From Candidatus Zambryskibacteria bacterium RIFCSPHIGHO2_01_FULL_46_25 (GTDB lineage: Bacteria; Patescibacteriota; Minisyncoccia; Phycocordibacterales; Zambryskibacteraceae): a stretch of 64,000 nucleotides of DNA. The stretch is taken from the NCBI GenBank assembly GCA_001825155.1, contig MHVH01000006.1, positions 4,939 to 68,938 on the forward strand. Reading direction: 5' to 3'. Position numbers and translations under genes: made by a program. The notes under the pieces are model-generated. The model was given only the letters and a program-made list of their open reading frames with translations, had not been told where the DNA came from and ran no database searches. This document shows positions 7,991-17,107 of the stretch, piece after piece (positions within the stretch are counted from its first letter, which is position 1; each line of letters starts with the position of its first letter).

Positions 7991-9667
7991 ATGGTTACAT
8001 TCGATGAAGAGAAGCAGAATGAGCGCGTACGTTTACTGCGCGAGAAAGATGAAGAGAACCTGGCGGCAACCCTTGCGGAGCGCCATGGCGTTCCCTATAT
8101 AGACCTATCGGCCCACCCTATCAACCTCGACGCGCTTAGGGTGATGAAAGAGGCTGAAGCAAGAGAGGCTGGAGTGGCGGTGTTCAACGCCACGGACAAG
8201 AAGATAGACATTGCCGTCCTTTCCCCGCAGAACGAGAAAGCTCTCGTCGTCATCGAAGACCTGAAGCAAAGAGGCTACTTGCCAGAAATATTCATGGCCT
8301 CGCATCAGAGCCTGGAGAAAGTTTGGGAGCGCTACAAAGACCTCTCATACTCTTTCGAAACGAAATCCGGCGCCCTCGATATCTCAAACGAAGAGATTGT
8401 CGAAATAACAAGGAAAGTCCATTCGCTCGAGGATATAAAATCTATGATTGAGAGTGTTCTTTCCCTTAAGCGAGCCTATCGTATTTCGAAAATACTCGAA
8501 ATTATACTCGCGGGGGCAATCTCACTTAAGGCCTCCGACATCCACCTTGAGCCGGAGGACGAGAGTCTCCGCTTGCGCTACAGGCTCGACGGTGTGCTGA
8601 CCGACATATTGCATTTCGACAAAGAGACTTACGAACTTCTGCTCTCGCGCATTAAGCTTGTAAGCGAACTCAAGCTCAATCTCAAAGAGAAGGCTCAAGA
8701 TGGGCGCTTCTCGATTAAGCTCGGAGAAACGGAAATCGAGGTTCGCACATCCCTTCTACCCGGGCCATATGGCGAGTCGGTGGTATTGCGAGTGCTTAAT
8801 CCCGAGGCTATCGCTGTCGAACTCGACAAGCTCGGCATCCACCCTATGTTGCTTGAGATTCTCAATCGCGAAGTGCGGAAACCCAATGGCATGATTCTCA
8901 CCACCGGCCCTACCGGCTCCGGCAAGACAACCACCCTCTACGCATTTTTGAAAAAGATTTACAACCCGGAGATCAAGGTTATAACAATCGAGAATCCGAT
9001 TGAGTATCATCTCGGCGGTATTGTCCAAACCCAGACCGAACCGGAGAAGGGCTACACTTTCGCCGAAGGCCTTCGAAGCGCCTTGCGCCAGGACCCGGAC
9101 GTAATCATGGTGGGAGAAATTCGTGATGACGAGACGGCCGCCGTCGCGGTAAACGCCGCCCTTACCGGACACTTGGTGCTTTCGACTCTCCACACCAATA
9201 ACGCGGCGGGCTCATTCCCCCGCCTCTTGGACCTCGGCGTGAATCCCAAGGTCATAAGCTCCGCCCTAAACGTTTCTATCGCCCAGCGCTTGGTAAGAAC
9301 TCTCTGCCAGTCATGCAAAAAAGAAATCGCGCTTGATGGCACTGATAAAGAGAAGGTGGAAAGAATCCTTTCCGAAGTCGCCAACCATACATACCTTGAT
9401 GGTATTCAAAAAGAAAAAATTTGGGTTCCTGTCGGCTGCACAGAATGCAACAATCTGGGATACAAGGGTCGCATCGGCGTCTATGAAGCGATTCTCATAG
9501 ATGGGAAAATCGAGCAAGCAGTCATAAAGAATCCCTCCGAGCGCGATATTCGCGAAGCGGCCAAGGATCAGAAACTCCTGACGCTCGCCCAAGACGGCAT
9601 AATCAAGGTCCTAAATGGAGTTACTAGCATGGAAGAACTTAAGCGAGTTGTCGATATTGATATCTAA
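7991..9667 (+). CDS. pilB: type IV pilus / type II secretion assembly ATPase (PilB/GspE family)
   Basis: Walker A GPTGSGKTTT, Asp box, His box and C-terminal zinc motif CQSC...CTEC; start set at MVTFDEE because the longer ORF overlaps tsaE. Confidence 0.8.
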   Translation: MVTFDEEKQNERVRLLREKDEENLAATLAERHGVPYIDLSAHPINLDALRVMKEAEAREAGVAVFNATDKKIDIAVLSPQNEKALVVIEDLKQRGYLPEIFMASHQSLEKVWERYKDLSYSFETKSGALDISNEEIVEITRKVHSLEDIKSMIESVLSLKRAYRISKILEIILAGAISLKASDIHLEPEDESLRLRYRLDGVLTDILHFDKETYELLLSRIKLVSELKLNLKEKAQDGRFSIKLGETEIEVRTSLLPGPYGESVVLRVLNPEAIAVELDKLGIHPMLLEILNREVRKPNGMILTTGPTGSGKTTTLYAFLKKIYNPEIKVITIENPIEYHLGGIVQTQTEPEKGYTFAEGLRSALRQDPDVIMVGEIRDDETAAVAVNAALTGHLVLSTLHTNNAAGSFPRLLDLGVNPKVISSALNVSIAQRLVRTLCQSCKKEIALDGTDKEKVERILSEVANHTYLDGIQKEKIWVPVGCTECNNLGYKGRIGVYEAILIDGKIEQAVIKNPSERDIREAAKDQKLLTLAQDGIIKVLNGVTSMEELKRVVDIDI

Positions 9668-9696
9668 ATCAAATCGAGATAACTTGGAGGAAGATC

Positions 9697-9840
9697 CAGC
9701 CTATAAATCTCTAAGCAAAAGTCAAATGATTCTCTCGAGGATAACTCCAGTAAACCAGAGCGTCCTTAGAAAATTATCCGTTGCTTAGAGATTTATGTGC
9801 TGGATGATGTCTTATCCAAGTCTAGCACATAAACATTTTT
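9697..9840. other. structured intergenic element: 14-bp long-range inverted repeat plus a second hairpin, between pilB and ruvB
   Basis: aaatctctaagcaa ... ttgcttagagattt, then atgtgctgg ... ctagcacat followed by aaacattttta. Confidence 0.4.
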
Positions 9841-10872
9841 ATGTCAAGTAAGAAACCCGTGGTAAAAAACAGCATCGAAGAAGCCACCGCACCGTCACAT
9901 CTCGATAGAGAGCTTCGTCCATCACGCTGGGAGGACTATATCGGCCAGAAATCGGTCAAAGAAAACCTTAATATCCTGATAAGGGCGGCAAGCGAGCGCG
10001 GCGTGCCGCCGGAACACGTTCTTTTCTATGGTCCCCCCGGCCTGGGCAAGACTACACTCGCCCACCTGGTGGCGAAGGAAACCGGACGCAACCTTAAAAT
10101 CACCTCTGGCCCGGCAATAGAGAGAGTTGGAGACTTGGCATCAATTCTTACGAACCTCGCCGCCGGCGATATCCTCTTTATCGACGAGATCCACCGCCTG
10201 AATAAGACGATTGAGGAAGTCCTTTACCCCGCCATGGAATCCGGCGTACTCGACATCATCATTGGCAAAGGCCCTTCGGCCCGCACCATCCAGCTCGAGC
10301 TGCCCGCCTTTACTCTCCTTGCGGCCACAACGCGCGTCGCCATGATTTCTTCGCCCCTGCGCAGCCGCTTTTCCGGCGGCGTCTTCCGACTCGACTTCTA
10401 TACGGAAGATGAAATTGAGGAGATTCTTCGCCGCTCGGCAAGAATCATAGGCGTTGATATGGAAAAGGGCGCGGAAAAAGAAATCGCCAAGCGAAGCCGG
10501 TTTACTCCGCGCACCGCAAACTACTTCCTCAAGCGAGCGCGCGACTTCGCCCAAGTAGAAGGAGGAAAGTTGGATGCCGAGACTGTAATGAAGTCTTTGA
10601 AGCTCCTCGGCATCGACGATAAGGGCTTGTCCCCGTCCGACAGGCAACTTCTTCTCGTCATGGCGGATAAATTCGGCGGCGGGCCGGTGGGGCTCGGCAC
10701 CTTGGCGGCCGCGCTCTCGGAAGAAGAAGCAACCATTGAGGAGTTCAACGAGCCGTATCTTCTCCAACTAGGCCTCATCGAACGCACTACGCGCGGCCGC
10801 GCGCTCACGGCGCACGCCTACGAGCATTTAGGCAAAACTCCTCCTAAAAATTTGCAGAAAAAACTGCTATGA
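9841..10872 (+). CDS. ruvB: Holliday junction branch-migration ATPase RuvB
   Basis: Walker A GPPGLGKTTLA; RuvB-specific DEIHRL and sensor motifs. Confidence 0.9.
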   Translation: MSSKKPVVKNSIEEATAPSHLDRELRPSRWEDYIGQKSVKENLNILIRAASERGVPPEHVLFYGPPGLGKTTLAHLVAKETGRNLKITSGPAIERVGDLASILTNLAAGDILFIDEIHRLNKTIEEVLYPAMESGVLDIIIGKGPSARTIQLELPAFTLLAATTRVAMISSPLRSRFSGGVFRLDFYTEDEIEEILRRSARIIGVDMEKGAEKEIAKRSRFTPRTANYFLKRARDFAQVEGGKLDAETVMKSLKLLGIDDKGLSPSDRQLLLVMADKFGGGPVGLGTLAAALSEEEATIEEFNEPYLLQLGLIERTTRGRALTAHAYEHLGKTPPKNLQKKLL

Positions 10873-11399
10873 GTGGCCACAACAAATGGTCGAAAATTAA
10901 GAGGCAGAAGGCCGGTACAGATGCGGCCAAGTCGAAAATTTTTTCAAAAATGGCGCGGCTCATTTCTACCGCGTCCCGGCAAGTGAAGGGTGATGTAAAT
11001 TCTCCAATTCTAAGAACCGCCATAGATAAAGCGCGCGAGTTCAATATGCCAGCGGACAATATCGAGCGCGCGGTCAAGAAAGGTTCGAGTGCGACTATGG
11101 AAGCACTCGAAAATATTACGTACGAAGCATATGGACCGGGTGGCTCAGCTTTAATTATTGAGGCGCTAACTTCTAACCACAACAAAGCGGCACAGGAAGT
11201 GAAATTTATTTTATCCAAACACGGGTTCTCTCTCGCGGCGCCCCACGCCGCGAGCTGGGCCTTCACTCGCGAGCACCATGAATGGAAGCCAAACACGACC
11301 ATTCCCCTCTCGCCAGAAGACGAAAAAATTTTGGAAAACTTAATAGAAGAACTCGAAGAAAATGACGAAGTCCAGGAAGTTTATACCAATGCGGAGTAA
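10869..11399 (+). CDS. yebC: YebC/PmpR-family protein, short variant
   Basis: N-terminal MSGHNKWSKIKRQKA and YEAYGPGGSALIIEALTSNHNKAAQEVK YebC signatures; only 176 aa, middle domain apparently missing. Confidence 0.65.
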   Translation: MSGHNKWSKIKRQKAGTDAAKSKIFSKMARLISTASRQVKGDVNSPILRTAIDKAREFNMPADNIERAVKKGSSATMEALENITYEAYGPGGSALIIEALTSNHNKAAQEVKFILSKHGFSLAAPHAASWAFTREHHEWKPNTTIPLSPEDEKILENLIEELEENDEVQEVYTNAE

Positions 11400-11868
11400 A
11401 AGAGTTCTCGCTATAGACCCCGGTTTCGACCGCTTGGGGTTGGCGATTTTGGAGAGAAACACTCTTTTGCATTCAGAGTGCATTGTGACAAAGCCAAAAG
11501 ATTCCCATGACAAGCGGCTTTTGGTGATCGGCGAGAAGTTGCGTGAGACTATCGAAAAGTGGCAGCCCAAGGAACTTGCCATAGAGACCCTCTTCTTCAA
11601 TCAAAATACGACAAGTGCCCTAAAGGTCGCGGAAGCCCGTGGAGTGGCCCTGTACGAGGCTGCGCGGGCCGGACTTTCGGTATTTGAGTATTCACCCCAA
11701 GCAATAAAAATTGCCGTCACAGGCTACGGTAAGGCCGATAAAATCCAGGTGGGCATGATGGTCAAGAGATTGGTTCAATTACCGTTAAAAGACAGGAAGA
11801 TGCTCGATGATGAGCTCGACGCCATTGCACTGGGGATTACTCACCTTGCCACAAGAAGGAGTATCTGA
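11362..11868 (+). CDS. ruvC: crossover junction endodeoxyribonuclease RuvC
   Basis: VLAIDPGFDRLGLAIL N-terminal RNase-H-like motif; 168 aa. Confidence 0.85.
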   Translation: MTKSRKFIPMRSKRVLAIDPGFDRLGLAILERNTLLHSECIVTKPKDSHDKRLLVIGEKLRETIEKWQPKELAIETLFFNQNTTSALKVAEARGVALYEAARAGLSVFEYSPQAIKIAVTGYGKADKIQVGMMVKRLVQLPLKDRKMLDDELDAIALGITHLATRRSI

Positions 11869-11909
11869 TAAAAATATTAGCATTCGATTAAAAATAACCT
11901 GAGCCAAAC

Positions 11910-12086
11910 ATGGACGACGAAGTTTTAAAAGATGAGCCGGAAGAGATCGAGGACGAACCGCCTGTCGACGATGATCTCGAAGTGAAAAAAAAGATTCCCT
12001 CGGAAGAAGAGGAGGTCGAAAGCATTGACGAACTTGAAGAGCTTGAGGACGTGGAAGAGCCCTTCGATGATGTGAACCCAATCTAA
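11910..12086 (+). CDS. small, highly acidic protein (58 aa, about 50% Asp/Glu)
   Basis: Read directly: MDDEVLKDEPEEIEDEPPVDDDLEVKKKIPSEEEEVESIDELEELEDVEEPFDDVNPI; shorter than the ORF-track cutoff. Confidence 0.3.
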   Translation: MDDEVLKDEPEEIEDEPPVDDDLEVKKKIPSEEEEVESIDELEELEDVEEPFDDVNPI

Positions 12087-13213
12087 TCACTTCTCACTAT
12101 TTTGAGGAAACGGTGTTTGCCCACTCGGTAAACGCCGCTTTCTATTTCTTCTATCGCGCCGTCCTTATTTAGCCGGTTGAATTCGGTTTTGGAAGAAACG
12201 AGTCCTTCCTTAAGAAGAATTTCCACCAACGGCTCATCCTGTTGAGCCGTTACCGTTTTGACATCTTTGGGCATACCCCCCCTCGAGAAGGTTTCTGTAA
12301 AATTCTCCTGCGCCTTCTTTGCGGTCTCTTCTCCGTGATAAATTTTGGTAATTTCAAAAGCTAGCCGTATTTTGGCTTCTTTGGGATGCCCTGCCATAAT
12401 CTTCTTGATTTCTTTAATAGATACGCGCGTGCAAACTTCAAAGTAATTTTGAACTTGGCCATCCACCATACTCATGATTTTCCCGAACATTTCATTTGGC
12501 TCATCGCTAAAATTGATGGTATTGCCCCAGCTTGAGCTCATTTTGCGACCATCAAGACCTAAGACCGGGAAGGTTGTCATTACTATGGCTTGTGGTTCTT
12601 GTTTGAAATGTTCTTGGAGCGCGCGACCGGAAAGAAGGTTGAATCTCTGGTCAACTCCTCCCAACTCGACATCTGAGTTCACCGCCACGCTATCGTAGCC
12701 CTGCATCAAGGGATAGAGCATCTCTCGCAAAGATACTCTCTTCCCGTCATCCAACCTTCGCTTGATATTATCGCGAGCAATAAAGTCCGCGACAGAAAAT
12801 TGGTCCGCGTGTTCTCCGATTTCTCGATATGTCAAAGGCTCAAGCCATTCCGAGTTATATCTTAGTTCCGCCTTGTCCAAATCAATAAGCTTGCCGATTT
12901 GCGCAAAGTAATCTTTTTTATTTTTTTCAACCGCTTCGCGCGAAAGCATCGGTCGTTCGCTATCCTTATCCGAAGTATCGCCAATAACCCCGGTAAAATC
13001 TCCAACAATCAAAACAGCCTGGTGACCAAGATTTTGAAAATCTCTCATCTTTAAAATCGGAACGGAACGTCCCAAGTGAAGATTGGGGCTTGTCGGGTCA
13101 ATACCAAGTTTTATGCGAAGTTTCTTGCCTGAAGCGAGCTTCTTCGTCAGATTTTCTTTATCAATAACTTCAGCCACCCCTCTTGAAAGAAGCTCTTCTA
13201 CGTCTTTATCCAT
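12083..13213 (-). CDS. tyrS: tyrosyl-tRNA synthetase
   Basis: HIGH-like NLHLGR, KMSSS (KMSKS) motif, C-terminal S4-like domain. Confidence 0.85.
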   Translation of the reverse strand: MDKDVEELLSRGVAEVIDKENLTKKLASGKKLRIKLGIDPTSPNLHLGRSVPILKMRDFQNLGHQAVLIVGDFTGVIGDTSDKDSERPMLSREAVEKNKKDYFAQIGKLIDLDKAELRYNSEWLEPLTYREIGEHADQFSVADFIARDNIKRRLDDGKRVSLREMLYPLMQGYDSVAVNSDVELGGVDQRFNLLSGRALQEHFKQEPQAIVMTTFPVLGLDGRKMSSSWGNTINFSDEPNEMFGKIMSMVDGQVQNYFEVCTRVSIKEIKKIMAGHPKEAKIRLAFEITKIYHGEETAKKAQENFTETFSRGGMPKDVKTVTAQQDEPLVEILLKEGLVSSKTEFNRLNKDGAIEEIESGVYRVGKHRFLKIVRSD

Positions 13214-13249
13214 AAAGATATCTTAACATATGTTAAAATTAGGTTTCCT

Positions 13250-15388
13250 ATGAAAGATTTCTGGCGAAAAGCCCGTAATTCAAACCACTTTATAGCTCTG
13301 GGCGCGGTAATCCTCCTTATCGGTGGGCTCTTCATCCTATGGGTGGCCTCGCTCAGAATTCCCGCCCTTGAGAGTATATCCGAGAGACGTATAGACCAAT
13401 CAACCAAGATTTATGACCGCACGGGGGAAATCCTCCTCTACGACATGAGCAAAGACGTGCGGCGCGAGGCTGTGCCTTTCGAAGATATTTCTCCTTACGC
13501 CAAGGCCGCCACCATCGCCATCGAGGACAAAGACTTTTATTCTCACAACGGCTTTGTATTAAGCTCATTCATCCGGGCGGTGGTCGTGAACCTAACTTCC
13601 CTATCATTCAGTCAAGGCGGCTCGACCATTACCCAGCAAGTGGTCAAGAATTCCATTCTTACTAAGGACAAAACCCCGACAAGGAAGCTAAAAGAGCTTA
13701 TCCTCGCTCTCAAGCTTGAAAAGGTGCTGACTAAGGACGAGATTCTCTCCCTTTATCTAAATGAGATTCCTTACGGAGGCACGATTTACGGCATCGAGGA
13801 GGCATCACGAAGTTTTTTCGGCAAAAGCTCCTATGACCTTACCCTCGCGGAAGCGGCCTATCTCGCGGCGCTTCTCAAAGCCCCGACATATTATTCTCCA
13901 TATGGTTCTCATAAAGAGGAGCTAGAAGCGAGGAAGAACCAGGTCCTCTCCGAGATGTATAAGAATGAATTTATCACGGAAGATGAGCGTGACGCCGCCC
14001 TTGCGACAACAGTCGAATTTAAGGAGAGAAAAAATACCGCCAACATCAGAGCGGCGCACTTCGTATTTTTTGTCATTGAACACTTAACAAAGAAGTACGG
14101 CGAGAACACACTTACAAATAGCGGCTACAAAATTGTCACCACCCTCGACTACAAGATCCAAGAGGAAGCGGAAAGGTTGGCCAAGGAATACGGCGAACTT
14201 AACCAGGGAAAGTTCGACGCGGACAACAACGCCATTGTTGTCATGGACCCAAAAACCGGCGAGATCCTCGCCATGACTGGTTCCCGGGACTACTTCGATG
14301 ACGTGATGGACGGAAACTTCAACGCTGCCACGGGTTTCAGACAGCCTGGGTCTACCTTTAAACCATTTGTTTACTCCGTTCTTCTCAATAGGGGGTTTAC
14401 GGCGGAGACAATCCTTTGGGACGTGCAAACTCAATTCACGCCCTCTTGCGCGCCGGACAACTTCATTACGGATGATATTTGTTATTCTCCGGGAAACTAT
14501 GACGATAAGTTTAGAGGGCCAATGACTATAAGAAACGCCCTCGCCCAATCAATCAACGTTCCAGCGGTGGAAGCAAGTTATCTCGCGGGCGTCAGGAACT
14601 CGGTCAAGCTCGCTGGAGACATGGGTATTAAAAGTCTGACGAATGTATCGGATTATGGCTTGTCTCTTGTCCTTGGAGGAGGCTCCGTCTCCCTTCTTGA
14701 TATGGTCACGGCTTATTCCGCGTTTGCCAACGATGGGCTGGGCAATCCTTACACCTCAGTACTGTGGATAGAAGATGACAACGGTAATATTATAGATAGA
14801 TACTCTCTCTTCCCCACAAGAGTGTTGCCGGAAGAAACCGCCCGCACAATCTCCAGCATCCTCTCCGATAATGTGGCGCGCACGCCAGGCTATGGCACCA
14901 ATTCCCCTCTATACATCCCCTACCGCGATGTGGCAGTAAAAACCGGTACATCGGATGACTACCGCGATGCCTGGATAATCGGCTACGCTCCGAATCTGAC
15001 CATAGGCGCGTGGGTAGGCAACAACGACAACTCACCCATGGAAAAGAAGGTGGCTGGATTAATCGTTTCGCCACTCTGGAGAGACCTTATGGATAAGGTA
15101 CTTCCGAACTTCCCGGAGGAATCGTTTATCGACCCCCAGCCGGTTGACCCGTCAGAATTGAAACCGGTATTGCGTGGTGAGGTGGGGGCGGAACCGCACT
15201 CAATCCTTCATTGGGTAAGCAAAGACAATCCCCGAGGTCCAGTCCCCTCCAATCCCTCTAGCGACCCGCAGTATTCACACTGGGAATACGCGGTTAGAAA
15301 CTGGGTAAACGCCACTGGCTACGGCATGCCAGCGACTGAGCCCAACCCAGAGCTTCTCGTCCCACTCCCCGTACCAGCAGGATTCTAA
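13250..15388 (+). CDS. class A penicillin-binding protein (transglycosylase plus transpeptidase), PBP1A type
   Basis: N-terminal TM; GT51 motifs (IAIEDKDFYSHNG, GGSTITQQ); transpeptidase STFKP, SDN-like and KTGT motifs. Confidence 0.85.
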   Translation: MKDFWRKARNSNHFIALGAVILLIGGLFILWVASLRIPALESISERRIDQSTKIYDRTGEILLYDMSKDVRREAVPFEDISPYAKAATIAIEDKDFYSHNGFVLSSFIRAVVVNLTSLSFSQGGSTITQQVVKNSILTKDKTPTRKLKELILALKLEKVLTKDEILSLYLNEIPYGGTIYGIEEASRSFFGKSSYDLTLAEAAYLAALLKAPTYYSPYGSHKEELEARKNQVLSEMYKNEFITEDERDAALATTVEFKERKNTANIRAAHFVFFVIEHLTKKYGENTLTNSGYKIVTTLDYKIQEEAERLAKEYGELNQGKFDADNNAIVVMDPKTGEILAMTGSRDYFDDVMDGNFNAATGFRQPGSTFKPFVYSVLLNRGFTAETILWDVQTQFTPSCAPDNFITDDICYSPGNYDDKFRGPMTIRNALAQSINVPAVEASYLAGVRNSVKLAGDMGIKSLTNVSDYGLSLVLGGGSVSLLDMVTAYSAFANDGLGNPYTSVLWIEDDNGNIIDRYSLFPTRVLPEETARTISSILSDNVARTPGYGTNSPLYIPYRDVAVKTGTSDDYRDAWIIGYAPNLTIGAWVGNNDNSPMEKKVAGLIVSPLWRDLMDKVLPNFPEESFIDPQPVDPSELKPVLRGEVGAEPHSILHWVSKDNPRGPVPSNPSSDPQYSHWEYAVRNWVNATGYGMPATEPNPELLVPLPVPAGF

Positions 15389-15398
15389 AGACACCTAA

Positions 15399-15665
15399 TC
15401 AGAGGAGTTTCTTAATCGTTTGTTCGTTTATACCTGCCCGCCTTACAAATTCCCTTTTCTTTGAAATTTGACTGGTGGAAGTAAGCATCACAAGAACAGA
15501 ATCTATTTTAGGATTTTTATTAAGTACAACAAAATAGCGATTCTTAGATTGTCGACCATCCCCACTAACCTCTAATTTAAAATTAAAAACAGAACCCTGT
15601 TCTATAGTTAAGGGGATTCTGATTTTTGGAGGTATTTCCATCACCCAAGGAAGCTTACCCGGCAA
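15399..15665 (-). CDS. MazF/PemK-like toxin fragment (C-terminal half missing)
   Basis: GSVFNFKLEVSGDGRQSKNRYFVVLNKNPKIDSVLVMLTSTSQ parallels the PemK N-terminal core; 88 aa; overlaps the upstream Panacea gene by 11 nt. Confidence 0.4.
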   Translation of the reverse strand: MPGKLPWVMEIPPKIRIPLTIEQGSVFNFKLEVSGDGRQSKNRYFVVLNKNPKIDSVLVMLTSTSQISKKREFVRRAGINEQTIKKLL

Positions 15666-16257
15666 AAAATGCTGACACCTCCTCTAGTTCATTAAAGGAC
15701 TCTTTCGCGAGTGCTAAATTTATTTTTTTCTGTCCAAACACAGGATCTGTTTTGCCAGCTTCTGCAAAAAAATCCCTATAATTCATCTCGACTCTTTTTT
15801 TCCCAGACTCCAATTCTTTTTTATGTTTTTTCCACTCCGGATATTGGTGAGTTAATGTGGCCAACTCAAATTGGTCTTTGTCGCCAAAATTTTTGTAAAT
15901 AATTTCTAAACACTCTAAGTCTGTCTTAGAAAATAATTCAAGATCTGCTGGCTTTAGAGAAACAAAAAATTGCTTCTTTTCATCTCCCGGTCGGATATAT
16001 TTTTTTGTGTATGACAAAAGTTCAGTTGGCAGATCAAGTTCTGCCGCTCTTTTTGTTCGCGAACCTACAGGTCCTAGTTTCATAGCCCAATATAGATCGC
16101 CTACAATCGGACGCCCATATTTGCGTAGATGCAATTTGTCAGCAAGATAGATAAGCTTGATAGCTTTCATCTTATTGATTTGGCCGTCCTTCTTCTGGGC
16201 TAGAAAATTGAGTGCTTGGGTTGCCTTCTTATAGCTTGTTTCAGGTAAGGTTGCCAT
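15655..16257 (-). CDS. Panacea (DUF4065, SocA-like) antitoxin-domain protein
   Basis: MKAIKLIYLADKLHLRKYGRPIVGDLYWAMKLGPV resembles the Panacea core also seen in ORF 41242..41751. Confidence 0.5.
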   Translation of the reverse strand: MATLPETSYKKATQALNFLAQKKDGQINKMKAIKLIYLADKLHLRKYGRPIVGDLYWAMKLGPVGSRTKRAAELDLPTELLSYTKKYIRPGDEKKQFFVSLKPADLELFSKTDLECLEIIYKNFGDKDQFELATLTHQYPEWKKHKKELESGKKRVEMNYRDFFAEAGKTDPVFGQKKINLALAKESFNELEEVSAFFAG

Positions 16258-16344
16258 GTTTGTATGATATCAAAACTATCTATTCTTTAAAAGACTCAGT
16301 TTATGGCTAATTTAAAGGAACGATCGAAAAGGTCAAAAATTAGC

Positions 16345-16373
16345 TTGACAAGTTAAGAGCTTTATGCTAAGAT
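16345..16373 (+). promoter_or_regulatory. sigma70-like promoter TTGACA-N17-TAAGAT
   Basis: Read directly at 16345-16350 and 16368-16373, about 75 nt upstream of the 16447 start. Confidence 0.5.
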
Positions 16374-16446
16374 AGATAAAGGTCAAATTCCTGTATGTAT
16401 GTACAGGTCGCCCGAGAAGGGTAGGATGGAAAAAAGGATGTGATGT

Positions 16447-16764
16447 ATGTCACAGCACGAGTTTACGATCACAGACGGTCCTTGCAAACAGAATCTTCTC
16501 ACCGCCTTCGGCAACGCTTACGGGGGTAAAAAAAGCGATGAGATTGATACTGTTTACTTCCATTTCTTCATCCGCCAGACGCTAGGCGAGAACAAGGCAA
16601 TGATTCATACCAGAATTTTCACTCTCCAACATATCGCCCCGGGCTCAGGAGATAGTTGGAAATTCACCGGTATCGCAGAAATGCCGAGCGGTTACTACGA
16701 GCGCATCACTGGTCGCTACAACACTCACGACCGCACCGGCAACTTTTCTATCAATCCGAGATGA
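16447..16764 (+). CDS. hypothetical protein
   Basis: ORF track; bracketed by a promoter-like site and an intrinsic terminator. Confidence 0.45.
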   Translation: MSQHEFTITDGPCKQNLLTAFGNAYGGKKSDEIDTVYFHFFIRQTLGENKAMIHTRIFTLQHIAPGSGDSWKFTGIAEMPSGYYERITGRYNTHDRTGNFSINPR

Positions 16765-16782
16765 CCACAAAGCTCCACACTG

Positions 16783-16825
16783 AAAAGCTCCACAGCTTAC
16801 ACAGTGTGGAGCTTTTCTTTTTTGA
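16783..16825 (+). terminator. rho-independent terminator
   Basis: aaaagctccaca...tgtggagctttt hairpin followed by tttcttttttt. Confidence 0.7.
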
Positions 16826-16843
16826 GCAACTCAATAAACCAAA

Positions 16844-17104
16844 TTATTTATAAAGTACGCGGGAGATATTAATTTTATAAACTTCCCTGAGTTTTGTTTT
16901 TATAATTTCTTCTTTCAGTCTTATTTCATTTTTTGCCGGCGCGGAGGCGGAAATTTCGAGCACACCATTTTTGAGATAAATATTTTCCGGATCTAAATTT
17001 ACTTTAGCTAGATTAAAAACGGTTTCTGCGATATTTTCTTTGACCGCCGATCCTTTATTGAGAATTTTGGCAAATCTTTCGAGAAGAGAAGACAGATTGC
17101 GCAT
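16844..17104 (-). CDS. DUF721/DciA-like small protein immediately downstream of dnaN
   Basis: 86 aa; position and size typical of the DUF721 gene after dnaN; weak sequence support. Confidence 0.35.
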   Translation of the reverse strand: MRNLSSLLERFAKILNKGSAVKENIAETVFNLAKVNLDPENIYLKNGVLEISASAPAKNEIRLKEEIIKTKLREVYKINISRVLYK

Positions 17105-17107
17105 ATT

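Noticed and set aside
10141-10808. Minus-strand ORFs 10141..10767 and 10521..10808 inside ruvB; similar antisense ORFs inside virB4, the large surface protein, hppA, rny and cca
   Set aside because: All are embedded antisense to confidently identified genes and show low-complexity composition. Treated as non-coding.
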